From: Thermodesulfobacteriota bacterium
GTDB lineage: Bacteria; Desulfobacterota_D; UBA1144; Nemesobacterales; JAJCZQ01
Assembly (NCBI GenBank): GCA_965215275.1
Contig: OZ244044.1
Location: 896,001-960,000 of the forward strand
Reading direction: 5' to 3'
DNA length: 64,000 nt
The translations under genes and the position numbers were made by a program. The stretch's first letter is position 1; every line of letters starts with the position of its first letter. Shown here one piece after another: positions 47,942-56,981 of the stretch. The notes beneath the pieces were generated by a model that searched no databases, was not told the DNA's origin, and saw only the letters and a list, made by a program, of their open reading frames with translations.

Positions 47942-50797
47942 ATGAACTTCATAGACGAATTTCACGGACCTAACTCGGGTTACGTGCTTGAATTTTACGA
48001 ACGTTACCTGAAAGACCCATCTTCCGTTGACCCTGACACCAGAAGGATCTTTGACAGCTGGAAACCAGTAATAAACGGTTCTGATACAGCGTCAGGACCA
48101 GCACGTTCCCGTTCCGGTAACGGTCCCGACACGGACCCAAATGCCCAGTCATATATAAAGAAATCAGTTTCCGTTTCAAACCTTGCAAGGTCCATAAGGG
48201 CTCATGGACACATGGGAAGCGATATCGACCCTCTGGGAAGCAGTCCACCGGGAGATCCCACGCTGAACCCGGAAATGCATGACCTGACGGACAATGACCT
48301 GATGAACCTGCCTGCCAGTTTAGTGGGCTGGCCAACTGCAGAAAGCGTGTCCAATGCCTATGAAGGAATAAAGAAGCTCAGAGAAATATACTCCTCGACC
48401 ATCGGATACAACTACGACCACGTATACAACGCAGATGAAAGAAAATGGCTGAGAGAAGTTATTGAGGTCGGTACGTTCAGAGCACCAATAAATCCCGTCG
48501 ACCCGATACGGATGCTAAGGACCCTTACACAGGTGGAGGCATTTGAACTTTTTCTTCACAAGATATATCCGGGCAAGTTCAGGTTCTCGATCGAAGGCGT
48601 TGACTCGCTCGTCCCTATGCTGAACGAACTGGTCTTTTTAGCGGTACAGGACGATATTCACAATATAATACTCGGAATGGCACACAGGGGCAGACTTAAC
48701 GTTATGCACCACGTTCTGGACAAAGCATACACCTACACGCTGAACAAGTTCAAAGACCCGATACTTGAAAGGGACTTCCGGGACGATATGGGATGGACCG
48801 GGGACGTTAAGTACCATGAGTCCGCAAGAAGGTCGATCAACAACGGAAAGCCCACAGACATGGTCATCAGTCTTGCACCCAATCCGAGCCATCTGGAATC
48901 AGTAAATCCGGTTATTCAGGGTATGACAAGAGCAGCCGGGACGACGGTCAGCAGGGCCGGAGAGCCGGAGTTCAATCCATCAATATCCATACCGGTTCAG
49001 ATACACGGGGACGCGGCTTTCCCGGGACAGGGTATTAACGCGGAGACGCTGAACCTCTCAAGACTGCCGGGATACTACGTAGGGGGTACGATCCACCTTA
49101 TCACGAACAATCAGCTGGGATACACGACGCTCCCGTCGGACGGAAGGAGCACCCTTTACAGCTGCGACCTGGCAAAGGGATTTGAAATACCCATGGTCCA
49201 CGTTAACGCTGACGACCCGGAGGCGTGTATAGAAACGATCAGACTGGCGTTCGGATATATAAGGAAGTTCAAAAAAGATTTCGTGATCGATCTGGTCGGA
49301 TACAGAAGGCATGGACACAATGAGACCGATGAACCTTATTTCACGCAGCCCGTGATGTACTCAAAGGTGCATTCTCATCCGACCGTCCGGGAGATATGGG
49401 CACGCAAACTCGTGGAGAACAGGATCACGAGCCAGGACCTTGTGGACCAGCTTATTCAGGAACAGAACGAGGTCCTGCACAAAGAGTATGAATCAATAAC
49501 GCCGGACGATATACCCGAGGAAACACAGTCCGATCGCCCGCCCGAGGGTATGGCAAGAAGGACAAAGACCTCCGTGCCCGTAAAACGGCTTAAGGAACTG
49601 AACGAGGAACTGCTGAAGGTCCCGGAGGACTTCACCATCAATTCCAAGATAAAAAGGATCAGGAACAAAAGGGTGAGTATGATCGGCAGGCCAGGTGAGG
49701 CCACGGTCGACTGGGCAGCGGCCGAAGAACTGGCCTATGCATCGATACTTGCCGATGGAATACCCATCAGGATCACCGGTCAGGACTGTGAGCGAGGGAC
49801 TTTCAGTCACAGACACGCCGTTCTTCACGATTCAGACAGCGGTGAGATTTTTATTCCGCTGCAGAACATACCTCAGGCAAAGGCTTCCTTTGAGATACAC
49901 AACAGCCCTCTGACCGAGAACGCCTGCATAGGATTTGAATACGGATACGATATACAAAGGGCCGACACGCTGGTGATATGGGAAGCACAGTACGGCGACT
50001 TTATAAACGGTGCACAGACCATAATAGATGAATACGTTGTATCCGCCAGGGCCAAATGGGGACAGACGCCTTCTCTGGTCCTGCTGCTTCCACACGCTTA
50101 CGAAGGACAGGGTCCGAACCACTCAAGCGGAAAGCTCGAGAGGTTCCTGATGATGGCAGGCGAGCACAACATGAGGATCGCGAACTGCACCACGGCGGCG
50201 CAGCTGTTCCATCTGATGAGAAGACAGGCACTGACCATCAGGACGGATCCCTTACCCCTGGTCGTAATGACGCCAAAGGGACTGTTAAGGAACCCAAGGG
50301 TCGCCTCGTCCCCGAAAGAGCTTGCCAGTGGAAAGTGGACCCCCGTGATAGACGACCCGATGGGAAACAGGCAGGCAGGTAAAGTCACAAGGCTTATACT
50401 GTGCAGCGGAAAGATATACTGGGACCTGGTCTCCAGTCCTATAAGGGAAAAACATCCCGAGATAGCAGTTGCAAGAGTGGAACAGCTATACCCGCGACCC
50501 AGGGACGAGATCAAGGAAGTGGTGGGAAGATACCCGAATATCAATGAACTCGTGTGGGTGCAGGAAGAACCTCAGAACATGGGAGCGTGGAAATATATGC
50601 TTCCCTTCCTGAGAAGAAAGATAACGGATTACAAAAATCCCATTCACTACATAGGCAGAAAGCGTAATTCAAGTTCCGCTGAAGGCTACCCCTCCATGCA
50701 CAAGGTCAATCATGAAATGATCATAGAGCAGGCTTTCAATATAGAGAAAGTGGTAAGCAGGATCAACGAAAGCGGTATAGCCTGGAACGTATACTAA
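47942..50797 (+). CDS. sucA: 2-oxoglutarate dehydrogenase E1
   Basis: GMAHRGRLN, GDVKYH, HGDAAFPGQG and WEAQYGDF. Confidence 0.98.
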   Translation: MNFIDEFHGPNSGYVLEFYERYLKDPSSVDPDTRRIFDSWKPVINGSDTASGPARSRSGNGPDTDPNAQSYIKKSVSVSNLARSIRAHGHMGSDIDPLGSSPPGDPTLNPEMHDLTDNDLMNLPASLVGWPTAESVSNAYEGIKKLREIYSSTIGYNYDHVYNADERKWLREVIEVGTFRAPINPVDPIRMLRTLTQVEAFELFLHKIYPGKFRFSIEGVDSLVPMLNELVFLAVQDDIHNIILGMAHRGRLNVMHHVLDKAYTYTLNKFKDPILERDFRDDMGWTGDVKYHESARRSINNGKPTDMVISLAPNPSHLESVNPVIQGMTRAAGTTVSRAGEPEFNPSISIPVQIHGDAAFPGQGINAETLNLSRLPGYYVGGTIHLITNNQLGYTTLPSDGRSTLYSCDLAKGFEIPMVHVNADDPEACIETIRLAFGYIRKFKKDFVIDLVGYRRHGHNETDEPYFTQPVMYSKVHSHPTVREIWARKLVENRITSQDLVDQLIQEQNEVLHKEYESITPDDIPEETQSDRPPEGMARRTKTSVPVKRLKELNEELLKVPEDFTINSKIKRIRNKRVSMIGRPGEATVDWAAAEELAYASILADGIPIRITGQDCERGTFSHRHAVLHDSDSGEIFIPLQNIPQAKASFEIHNSPLTENACIGFEYGYDIQRADTLVIWEAQYGDFINGAQTIIDEYVVSARAKWGQTPSLVLLLPHAYEGQGPNHSSGKLERFLMMAGEHNMRIANCTTAAQLFHLMRRQALTIRTDPLPLVVMTPKGLLRNPRVASSPKELASGKWTPVIDDPMGNRQAGKVTRLILCSGKIYWDLVSSPIREKHPEIAVARVEQLYPRPRDEIKEVVGRYPNINELVWVQEEPQNMGAWKYMLPFLRRKITDYKNPIHYIGRKRNSSSAEGYPSMHKVNHEMIIEQAFNIEKVVSRINESGIAWNVY

Positions 50798-50824
50798 AAC
50801 AACAAATATATAAGAGAGGTAAGT

Positions 50825-52105
50825 ATGGCCATTAATGTAATAGTTCCCGAACTTGGTGACTCGGTATTAGAGGCAACAGTTATAAGATGGGTAAAACAGG
50901 AAGGGGACTTTGTAAAGCTCGGAGAGACCATCGTTGAACTGGAGACGGAAAAAGCCAACTTTGAAGTTGCCGCCAAAACGAGCGGATTACTGTCCAGGAT
51001 ATTAAAAAATGCGGAAGAAGACGTTGAAGTAGGGAACGTTCTTGGTGAGATAGAACCTTCGGACGAGCAGACCGCCGGCAAAAAGAGCAGTACACCTCAA
51101 GAAGCAGAAAAGCCCTCCAAGCAGCAGGATACGAGCATAACGGAAACAAGTACGGAGGAAACCAAGACCGCAGAGGAACCCGAAATCGCAGAAGAAACAA
51201 AAGGACCCGAGGTCAAAGCCACCCCGGTGGCACAGAACGTAGCAAGGCAGAACGAGGTCGACCTGTCGGAAGTCGAAGGAACGGGAGTGGGTAACAAGAT
51301 CATGAAGGAAGACGTGGAATCCCATCTTGGATCCAGAGAAAAGACGGCAGCGCCCGAACATAAGGATATCTCGGACCTGTTCCCCTCGATCGCAAAGATC
51401 AACTCAGACCGTGAAAAAAGGGTCAGGATGTCACGTCGCAGAAGAACGATCGCAAGAAGACTGAAGGAAGCTCAGGATACTGCCGCGATACTGTCGACCT
51501 TTAACGAGGTCGATATGTATAACGTGATGGACCTGCGAAAGAGAAAAAAAGAGGAGTTCAAGGAAAAGCACAATATCAGCTTGGGATTTTCAGGGTTTTT
51601 CGTAAAGGCGTGCATAGCGGCGCTGAAGGAGTTCCCGCAGCTTAACGCGGAGATACAGAACGAGGAGATAGTTTTTAAGAATTACTACGATATAGGTATT
51701 GCAATAGGAGCGGACGAAGGTCTTGTGGTTCCGGTACTCCGGGACGCGGACAGAAAAAGTATGGCGGAAATAGAAAGAACGGTAAAAGATTTTGCGGTCA
51801 GATCAGGTGAAGGAAAGCTGTCCCTTGACGACCTTATAGGCGGAACGTTCTCTATCACCAACGGCGGGGTCTTTGGTTCGCTTATGAGCACCCCTATAAT
51901 CAATCCGCCTCAGGTCGGTATTTTAGGACTGCACAAGATAGAAGAAAGACCCGTAGTTAAAGATGGCGAGATAACCGTCCGGCCGATGATGTACACCGCT
52001 CTGAGCTACGACCACAGGATCGTGGACGGTAAGGAAGCGGTTCAGTTCCTCGTAAGGATAAAGGAGCTTATAGAAGACCCGGAGTCACTGCTCATCGAAG
52101 GGTAG
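50825..52105 (+). CDS. sucB: Dihydrolipoamide succinyltransferase E2
   Basis: Lipoyl domain (ETEKA), E3-binding domain and LSYDHRIVDG. Confidence 0.97.
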   Translation: MAINVIVPELGDSVLEATVIRWVKQEGDFVKLGETIVELETEKANFEVAAKTSGLLSRILKNAEEDVEVGNVLGEIEPSDEQTAGKKSSTPQEAEKPSKQQDTSITETSTEETKTAEEPEIAEETKGPEVKATPVAQNVARQNEVDLSEVEGTGVGNKIMKEDVESHLGSREKTAAPEHKDISDLFPSIAKINSDREKRVRMSRRRRTIARRLKEAQDTAAILSTFNEVDMYNVMDLRKRKKEEFKEKHNISLGFSGFFVKACIAALKEFPQLNAEIQNEEIVFKNYYDIGIAIGADEGLVVPVLRDADRKSMAEIERTVKDFAVRSGEGKLSLDDLIGGTFSITNGGVFGSLMSTPIINPPQVGILGLHKIEERPVVKDGEITVRPMMYTALSYDHRIVDGKEAVQFLVRIKELIEDPESLLIEG

Positions 52106-52119
52106 TAACGGTCAGGTCT

Positions 52120-54588
52120 TCAGGATATTAACTTAAATCCAAGCACGTCCGCCCATCTGGACTTTACGTACTCTTTCAGCTCTCCGTACCCGTCCAGTTC
52201 CGGATCCTCGGAGATCAGGCCAAAGGACGTATCCCTTGCCTTGTTCAGCAGTTTCCAGTCCCTCACCAGGTTCGCCAGTTTGAACTGAGGTATCCCAGAC
52301 TGCTTCGTTCCCAGAAAATCCCCGGGTCCCCTCATACGCAGGTCGGCTTCAGCGATCTTAAATCCATCGCTCGTCTGCGTCATTATGCTGAGTTTCTTTT
52401 CAGCCTCCTCGGACAGGAACCTGCCGGAGACCAGCATACAGAACGATTCCAGATCGGACCTCCCTATCCTTCCCCTGAGCTGATGAAGCTGCGACAGCCC
52501 GTAGCGCTCGGCGTTCTCTATCACCATGAACGTCGCGTTCGGCACGTCAACCCCTACCTCGACCACCGTAGTTGAGACCAGAACGTTTATTTCGTCCTTT
52601 AAAAACCCCTGCATGACCTCTTCCTTTTCGTCCGAGCTCATCTGGCCGTGCAGAAATCCTACATTAAACTCCGCAAAAACATCGTTTTTCAGTTCCTCGT
52701 AGACCTTTCCCACGTGCTTAACGTGTTTAAACTCCGGATTATCCGACTCCTCAATAAAAGGACATATAAAATACCCCTGCCGTCCCCTGGTCAGTTCGGA
52801 CCTTATCCTGCCGTACAGCTCGGACCTGCTTTCTTTCTTATCCCTGTAATGCGAGGTCTGGATCTTTTTTCTTCCTAGGGGCAGTTCATCTATCACGGAC
52901 ACGTCAAGGTCCCCGTAAACCGTAATGGCCAGCGTTCTCGGTATTGGCGTTGCCGTAAGCACAAGGGAGTCCGGGTTACTGGACTTATCCATTAACTTAG
53001 CTCTCTGTACAACGCCGAACCTGTGCTGCTCGTCTATAACCACAAGTCCCAGTCTGGCAAACTCAACGTTGTCCTGTATCAGAGCGTGCGTGCCGACGAT
53101 GATATGCGACCATCCGCTATGTATGGCCCAGGTCACTCTTCGTCTCTCCGCGGTGCTGAGGGCACTCTTGAGCAGAACCACGTTAATATCAAGCCCGATC
53201 AGATAACCGGTAATAGATCTGTAGTGCTGCTCGCACAGTATTTCCGTAGGTGCCATGATCACGGCCTGATAACCGCTTTCCACCGCGTTGAGTATCGATA
53301 TTATTGAAACGATGGTCTTGCCACTCCCTACGTCCCCCTGAACGAGCCTGTTCATCGGGGACCCTGCGCTCATATCGCTTTTTATCTCCTGTATTACCTT
53401 TTTCTGTGCGTGTGTAAGTTCGAACGGAAGACCATCGGTAAAGCGCCTGACGAGATCTCCATCATTTATAAAAGAGGTGCCTTTTTTCTTTACAATACTG
53501 CGCTTCTTGAGCCCAAGTCCAAGTTCAAGCATAAGGAACTCAAAGAATATCACCGTCTTATGTGGCAGAGAGGCCTCAACCTGTACAGCGTCGTCAAGAT
53601 CGACCACCTCATCAAATTTCTCAGGAAAGTGCACTTCCCTGATCGCCTGTGACAGATCCATCAGTGAGCACCTGCTGATTATCTCCTGTGGGATGGAGCA
53701 GGTAAGTTTATCTGCATATTTCTCCACCACCGCTTTTATCATCCCTCTCATTCTGCGCTGAGTTAAACCTTCAGTTAAGGAATATATGGGAACGATCCTG
53801 TTAAAGTGTGTCTGATCCTCGCTCTCCTGGGTATCTTCTAATATCTCTATGTCCTGGGGCTTGGGATGTATTATCTGCAGGCACCTGTTGTAACTACTGA
53901 AGGTAACTTCTCCACTGACAACCACCTTGACACCTTTTCTGTAAGTACCCTCTATGTATCTTCTGTTGGCGTTGAACCAGATAAGGTCAAGACTTCCCGT
54001 AGGGTCGGTTATCATGACCCTGTAGATACTCCCGGACTTCCTTGTAGGAATTCGTTTCACCCGCGATACAGTGCCGATCACGATACATTTACTGTTGCAC
54101 CTGACAGATGAGATCGTCTGAACGTTTCTGCGGTCCTCGTATTTCCTGGGAAAGTAGAACAGAAGGTCCTCAATGGTGACAACTCCTCTTTTTGCCAGAA
54201 CTGCGGAAAGCCTGGGACCAACTCCTTTTACGTATCGCACCTGATCCGTAACGCACAAGCGGCCTGGACCCTTATGCTCGGACGGCTGCTGCTCCAGGTC
54301 AGACAGGCTGCTTTTTCCATTGTCCTGCGTTAACTCGGATATGGCTTTTAACGCATTGATAACAATGCTTTTTTTTTCTTCCTGCTCCTTTGAATCAAAA
54401 TCCTTGAAACTGCTCCTTATCTCTTTCAGACGTTTTATAACTGCGGAATTCTCTTCATGCGAAATAAGCTTTAATATGACGTCGGAGACCGTTGTCTCAA
54501 GGTCCATGATCACAGAAAGGTTCGAGAAATTTCTCCTGGACACAAAAAACAGTGGTTTTCTTAATGCGTCAAGATGTACTTTTAGCAT
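52120..54588 (-). CDS. recG: ATP-dependent DNA helicase RecG
   Basis: QGDVGSGKT, DEQHRFG, TATPIPRT, QLHQLRGR and RGPG. Confidence 0.97.
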   Translation of the reverse strand: MLKVHLDALRKPLFFVSRRNFSNLSVIMDLETTVSDVILKLISHEENSAVIKRLKEIRSSFKDFDSKEQEEKKSIVINALKAISELTQDNGKSSLSDLEQQPSEHKGPGRLCVTDQVRYVKGVGPRLSAVLAKRGVVTIEDLLFYFPRKYEDRRNVQTISSVRCNSKCIVIGTVSRVKRIPTRKSGSIYRVMITDPTGSLDLIWFNANRRYIEGTYRKGVKVVVSGEVTFSSYNRCLQIIHPKPQDIEILEDTQESEDQTHFNRIVPIYSLTEGLTQRRMRGMIKAVVEKYADKLTCSIPQEIISRCSLMDLSQAIREVHFPEKFDEVVDLDDAVQVEASLPHKTVIFFEFLMLELGLGLKKRSIVKKKGTSFINDGDLVRRFTDGLPFELTHAQKKVIQEIKSDMSAGSPMNRLVQGDVGSGKTIVSIISILNAVESGYQAVIMAPTEILCEQHYRSITGYLIGLDINVVLLKSALSTAERRRVTWAIHSGWSHIIVGTHALIQDNVEFARLGLVVIDEQHRFGVVQRAKLMDKSSNPDSLVLTATPIPRTLAITVYGDLDVSVIDELPLGRKKIQTSHYRDKKESRSELYGRIRSELTRGRQGYFICPFIEESDNPEFKHVKHVGKVYEELKNDVFAEFNVGFLHGQMSSDEKEEVMQGFLKDEINVLVSTTVVEVGVDVPNATFMVIENAERYGLSQLHQLRGRIGRSDLESFCMLVSGRFLSEEAEKKLSIMTQTSDGFKIAEADLRMRGPGDFLGTKQSGIPQFKLANLVRDWKLLNKARDTSFGLISEDPELDGYGELKEYVKSRWADVLGFKLIS

Positions 54589-54701
54589 GGACTTTTATTG
54601 TACAAGTTAATTGAAACAAATAGAAACTTCTTCAAAGCCGAAGTATAACAAGTTACGGGGAACCGTGTGCAGGTTTTAAGAAGTAAGATCCCTCAGTTCC
54701 G

Positions 54702-55145
54702 TTATTCGTCCAGATACCTAACCATAATTTCCACACAATCGTTAGGATCATCAGTTTCATAAGGGTCTACGAATTTAAAACAGCATTCATTTTCTGTTAA
54801 TAATTTATCAAGAGCAAGAGGCGGAAAAAGCAATCTGTCGTTTATACGAAGCAACTTAGACCAATCCTTAAAATCCTCTACATCTTTAATCCCTATGATG
54901 AGTTCAATGTTATCCCACTCATCTTTGTGATCTTTCCTTATATTACTTATCGTAATGGAAGGGTCCTTCATATTATAAAACAACACTTTTTTTATATTCC
55001 CCTCTTCGTCTCCATGATTGAGGAACATGTATTTTTGATCGTAGTACGTTTCATATATCCATTCTGCACACAGCTCCAAATCAGACTGAACAGCATACAG
55101 AAACCTGATAAATTCAGCTGCGTCTCTGACATATATCTCTTTCAA
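54702..55145 (-). CDS. Hypothetical protein, copy 1 (MKEIYVRDAAE family)
   Basis: GGAGG RBS; homologous to 55904..56362. Confidence 0.75.
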   Translation of the reverse strand: MKEIYVRDAAEFIRFLYAVQSDLELCAEWIYETYYDQKYMFLNHGDEEGNIKKVLFYNMKDPSITISNIRKDHKDEWDNIELIIGIKDVEDFKDWSKLLRINDRLLFPPLALDKLLTENECCFKFVDPYETDDPNDCVEIMVRYLDE

Positions 55146-55173
55146 TTACTTACCTCCCGTTCAATTATAAAAT

Positions 55174-55223
55174 TTCAGGGGAATATATACAATTGATTTT
55201 ATTTGTGTATATAATTCCCTGAA
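55174..55223. repeat. Palindrome of two head-to-head IS1595-like ends (mini-MITE)
   Basis: TTCAGGGGAATATATACA...TGTATATAATTCCCTGAA. Confidence 0.7.
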
Positions 55224-55287
55224 TATATACATATGCTTTGTTATTTTTGTTCCTTGACATCTTGACCCTCGGAATGATATCATAACA

Positions 55288-55708
55288 ATGAGAGAGATGA
55301 ATTATCAGCGAAAGTTCTAATAGTAAGAAAGACTTCCTGCAGAAGATAGAAGATAAACTGTTCGCCTCGTTTTTAATAGTAGGGATTATCGTTCTTCTAG
55401 AGGAATTATTCAGTGGCGGTATTAGATTTGTCGAGAATCATTTATTGCCAACTGTTATTATATCTACTTCTGTTGTCGTTGGGAGTTTCTTCGTTATAAG
55501 GACTTATATCAAGAGTGAAATAAGTGTTAAGGAGATAGAAATGGGTAAAGAATTTAGAGAAGATATAAAAGAAATTCATAAGATTCAACAGGCAAGGTTG
55601 GACAAGCAAGATGCAAGGTTTGACAAACAAGATAAATTGATTGAAGAAAAGTTCGAAGAAATTAAACAATTATTGAAAAATAATCAAAACCAGCAAAATA
55701 AACAATAA
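55288..55708 (+). CDS. 2-TM + coiled-coil protein, copy 1 (5' frameshift or ATT start)
   Basis: Frame of 55445..55708 is open from 55301 (IISESSNSKKDFLQKIEDKLFASFLIVGII...). ATGs at 55288/55297 are in another frame. Promoter TTGACA (55254) ... TGnTATCAT (55275-55283) lies upstream. Confidence 0.6.
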
Positions 55709-55731
55709 CTACCTATTACCCTCTCTGATAA

Positions 55732-55870
55732 CCAGTCCTTTCTGGACTATGGCTGAAAATACAAAGCATCCGACCCGGAAACCAGAAAAACTGATAGCCG
55801 AACTTGTCTTATGTAGCAGTAATAAAGGTGACTTGGTATTTGATCACTTTTCTGAGAAGTGGGACCGTGT
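55732..55870 (+). pseudogene. C-terminal DNA methyltransferase remnant
   Basis: PFWTMAENTKHPTRKPEKLIAELVLCSSNKGDLVFDHF matches HPTQKP...GDLVLDPF. Confidence 0.7.
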
Positions 55871-55903
55871 ATAGATTTTAAGAAGTACAACTTGTCAGTT
55901 CCG

Positions 55904-56362
55904 TTAGTTACCCAGATACTTAACCATAACTTCTACAAAGGAGATTTGATCATCAAGGTTGCCAGATTTTCTATATTCTTTATGATCTAAAAATTTAAAA
56001 CAGCATTCACTCTCTGTGAACAATCTATCAAGAGGTGGAAAAGGCAATCTGCCACACTTACAAAGTGAATAAAACCAATTCTCAAAATCTTCTACACCTT
56101 CAATCCCAATGATAAATTCAACATTATCCCACTCGTCTGCATGTTTACCCCTTATTGTCTTTATCCTATCGACAGAAGAACCACCTATCTCATAAAACAA
56201 TATCTTTTTTATACTTCCTTCTTCATCCCCATGATTGAGGAAAATATAGTTGTGATCGTAGTATGTTTCATAGACCCATTCTGCACACAGTTCCATATCA
56301 TAATAAGCAACATGTAATAACTTGCTAAGCTCAGCTGCGTCCCTGACATATATTTCTTTCAA
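55904..56362 (-). CDS. Hypothetical protein, copy 2 (MKEIYVRDAAE family)
   Basis: Homologous to 54702..55145. Confidence 0.75.
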   Translation of the reverse strand: MKEIYVRDAAELSKLLHVAYYDMELCAEWVYETYYDHNYIFLNHGDEEGSIKKILFYEIGGSSVDRIKTIRGKHADEWDNVEFIIGIEGVEDFENWFYSLCKCGRLPFPPLDRLFTESECCFKFLDHKEYRKSGNLDDQISFVEVMVKYLGN

Positions 56363-56635
56363 TTACTTATCTCCCGTTCAATTATAAAATTTTAGGGAAC
56401 TATATACAAAACACATAAAATTTAAATAAATCTGTCATAATTGCCTGATATAGTTAGATTTTTGGTTATATTATAAGTATTATAAAGACTTGATTCGTCA
56501 ACCAATACTTACAATAAATCATATTGATAAAGTTGTTAAAAAGATTAAGGAAAAAGAGTTTAAAATACAAAGATTTGATCAAAAAATATTAAGGTATTAC
56601 TCAGTGGCGGTATTGGCTTTATTGAGAATCATTTA

Positions 56636-56971
56636 TTGCCATTTATCATTATATCTACTTCTATTGTTGGGAGTTTCTTACTCATAAGAATTTATATCAA
56701 GAGTGAAATAAGCGTTAAGGAGATAGAAATGGGTAAAGAATTTAGAGAAGATATGAAGGAAATTTATCAAACTCACAAAGAAGATATGAAAGAAATTCAT
56801 AAAATTCAACAGGCAAGGTTTGACAAGCAAGATGCAAGATTTGATAAGCAGGATGAAAGGTTTGACAAACAAGATAAACTGATTGATGAAAAGTTCGAAG
56901 AAATTAAACAATTATTGAAAATAATCAAAACCAGCAAAATAAACAATAACTACTTATTACCTGTTCTTTGA
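56636..56971 (+). CDS. TM + coiled-coil protein, copy 2 (5'-truncated, repeats expanded)
   Basis: Near-identical to 55445..55708 with extra EDMKEI and RFDKQD repeats and a 3' frameshift. Confidence 0.55.
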   Translation: MPFIIISTSIVGSFLLIRIYIKSEISVKEIEMGKEFREDMKEIYQTHKEDMKEIHKIQQARFDKQDARFDKQDERFDKQDKLIDEKFEEIKQLLKIIKTSKINNNYLLPVL

Positions 56972-56981
56972 ACACAGGATA

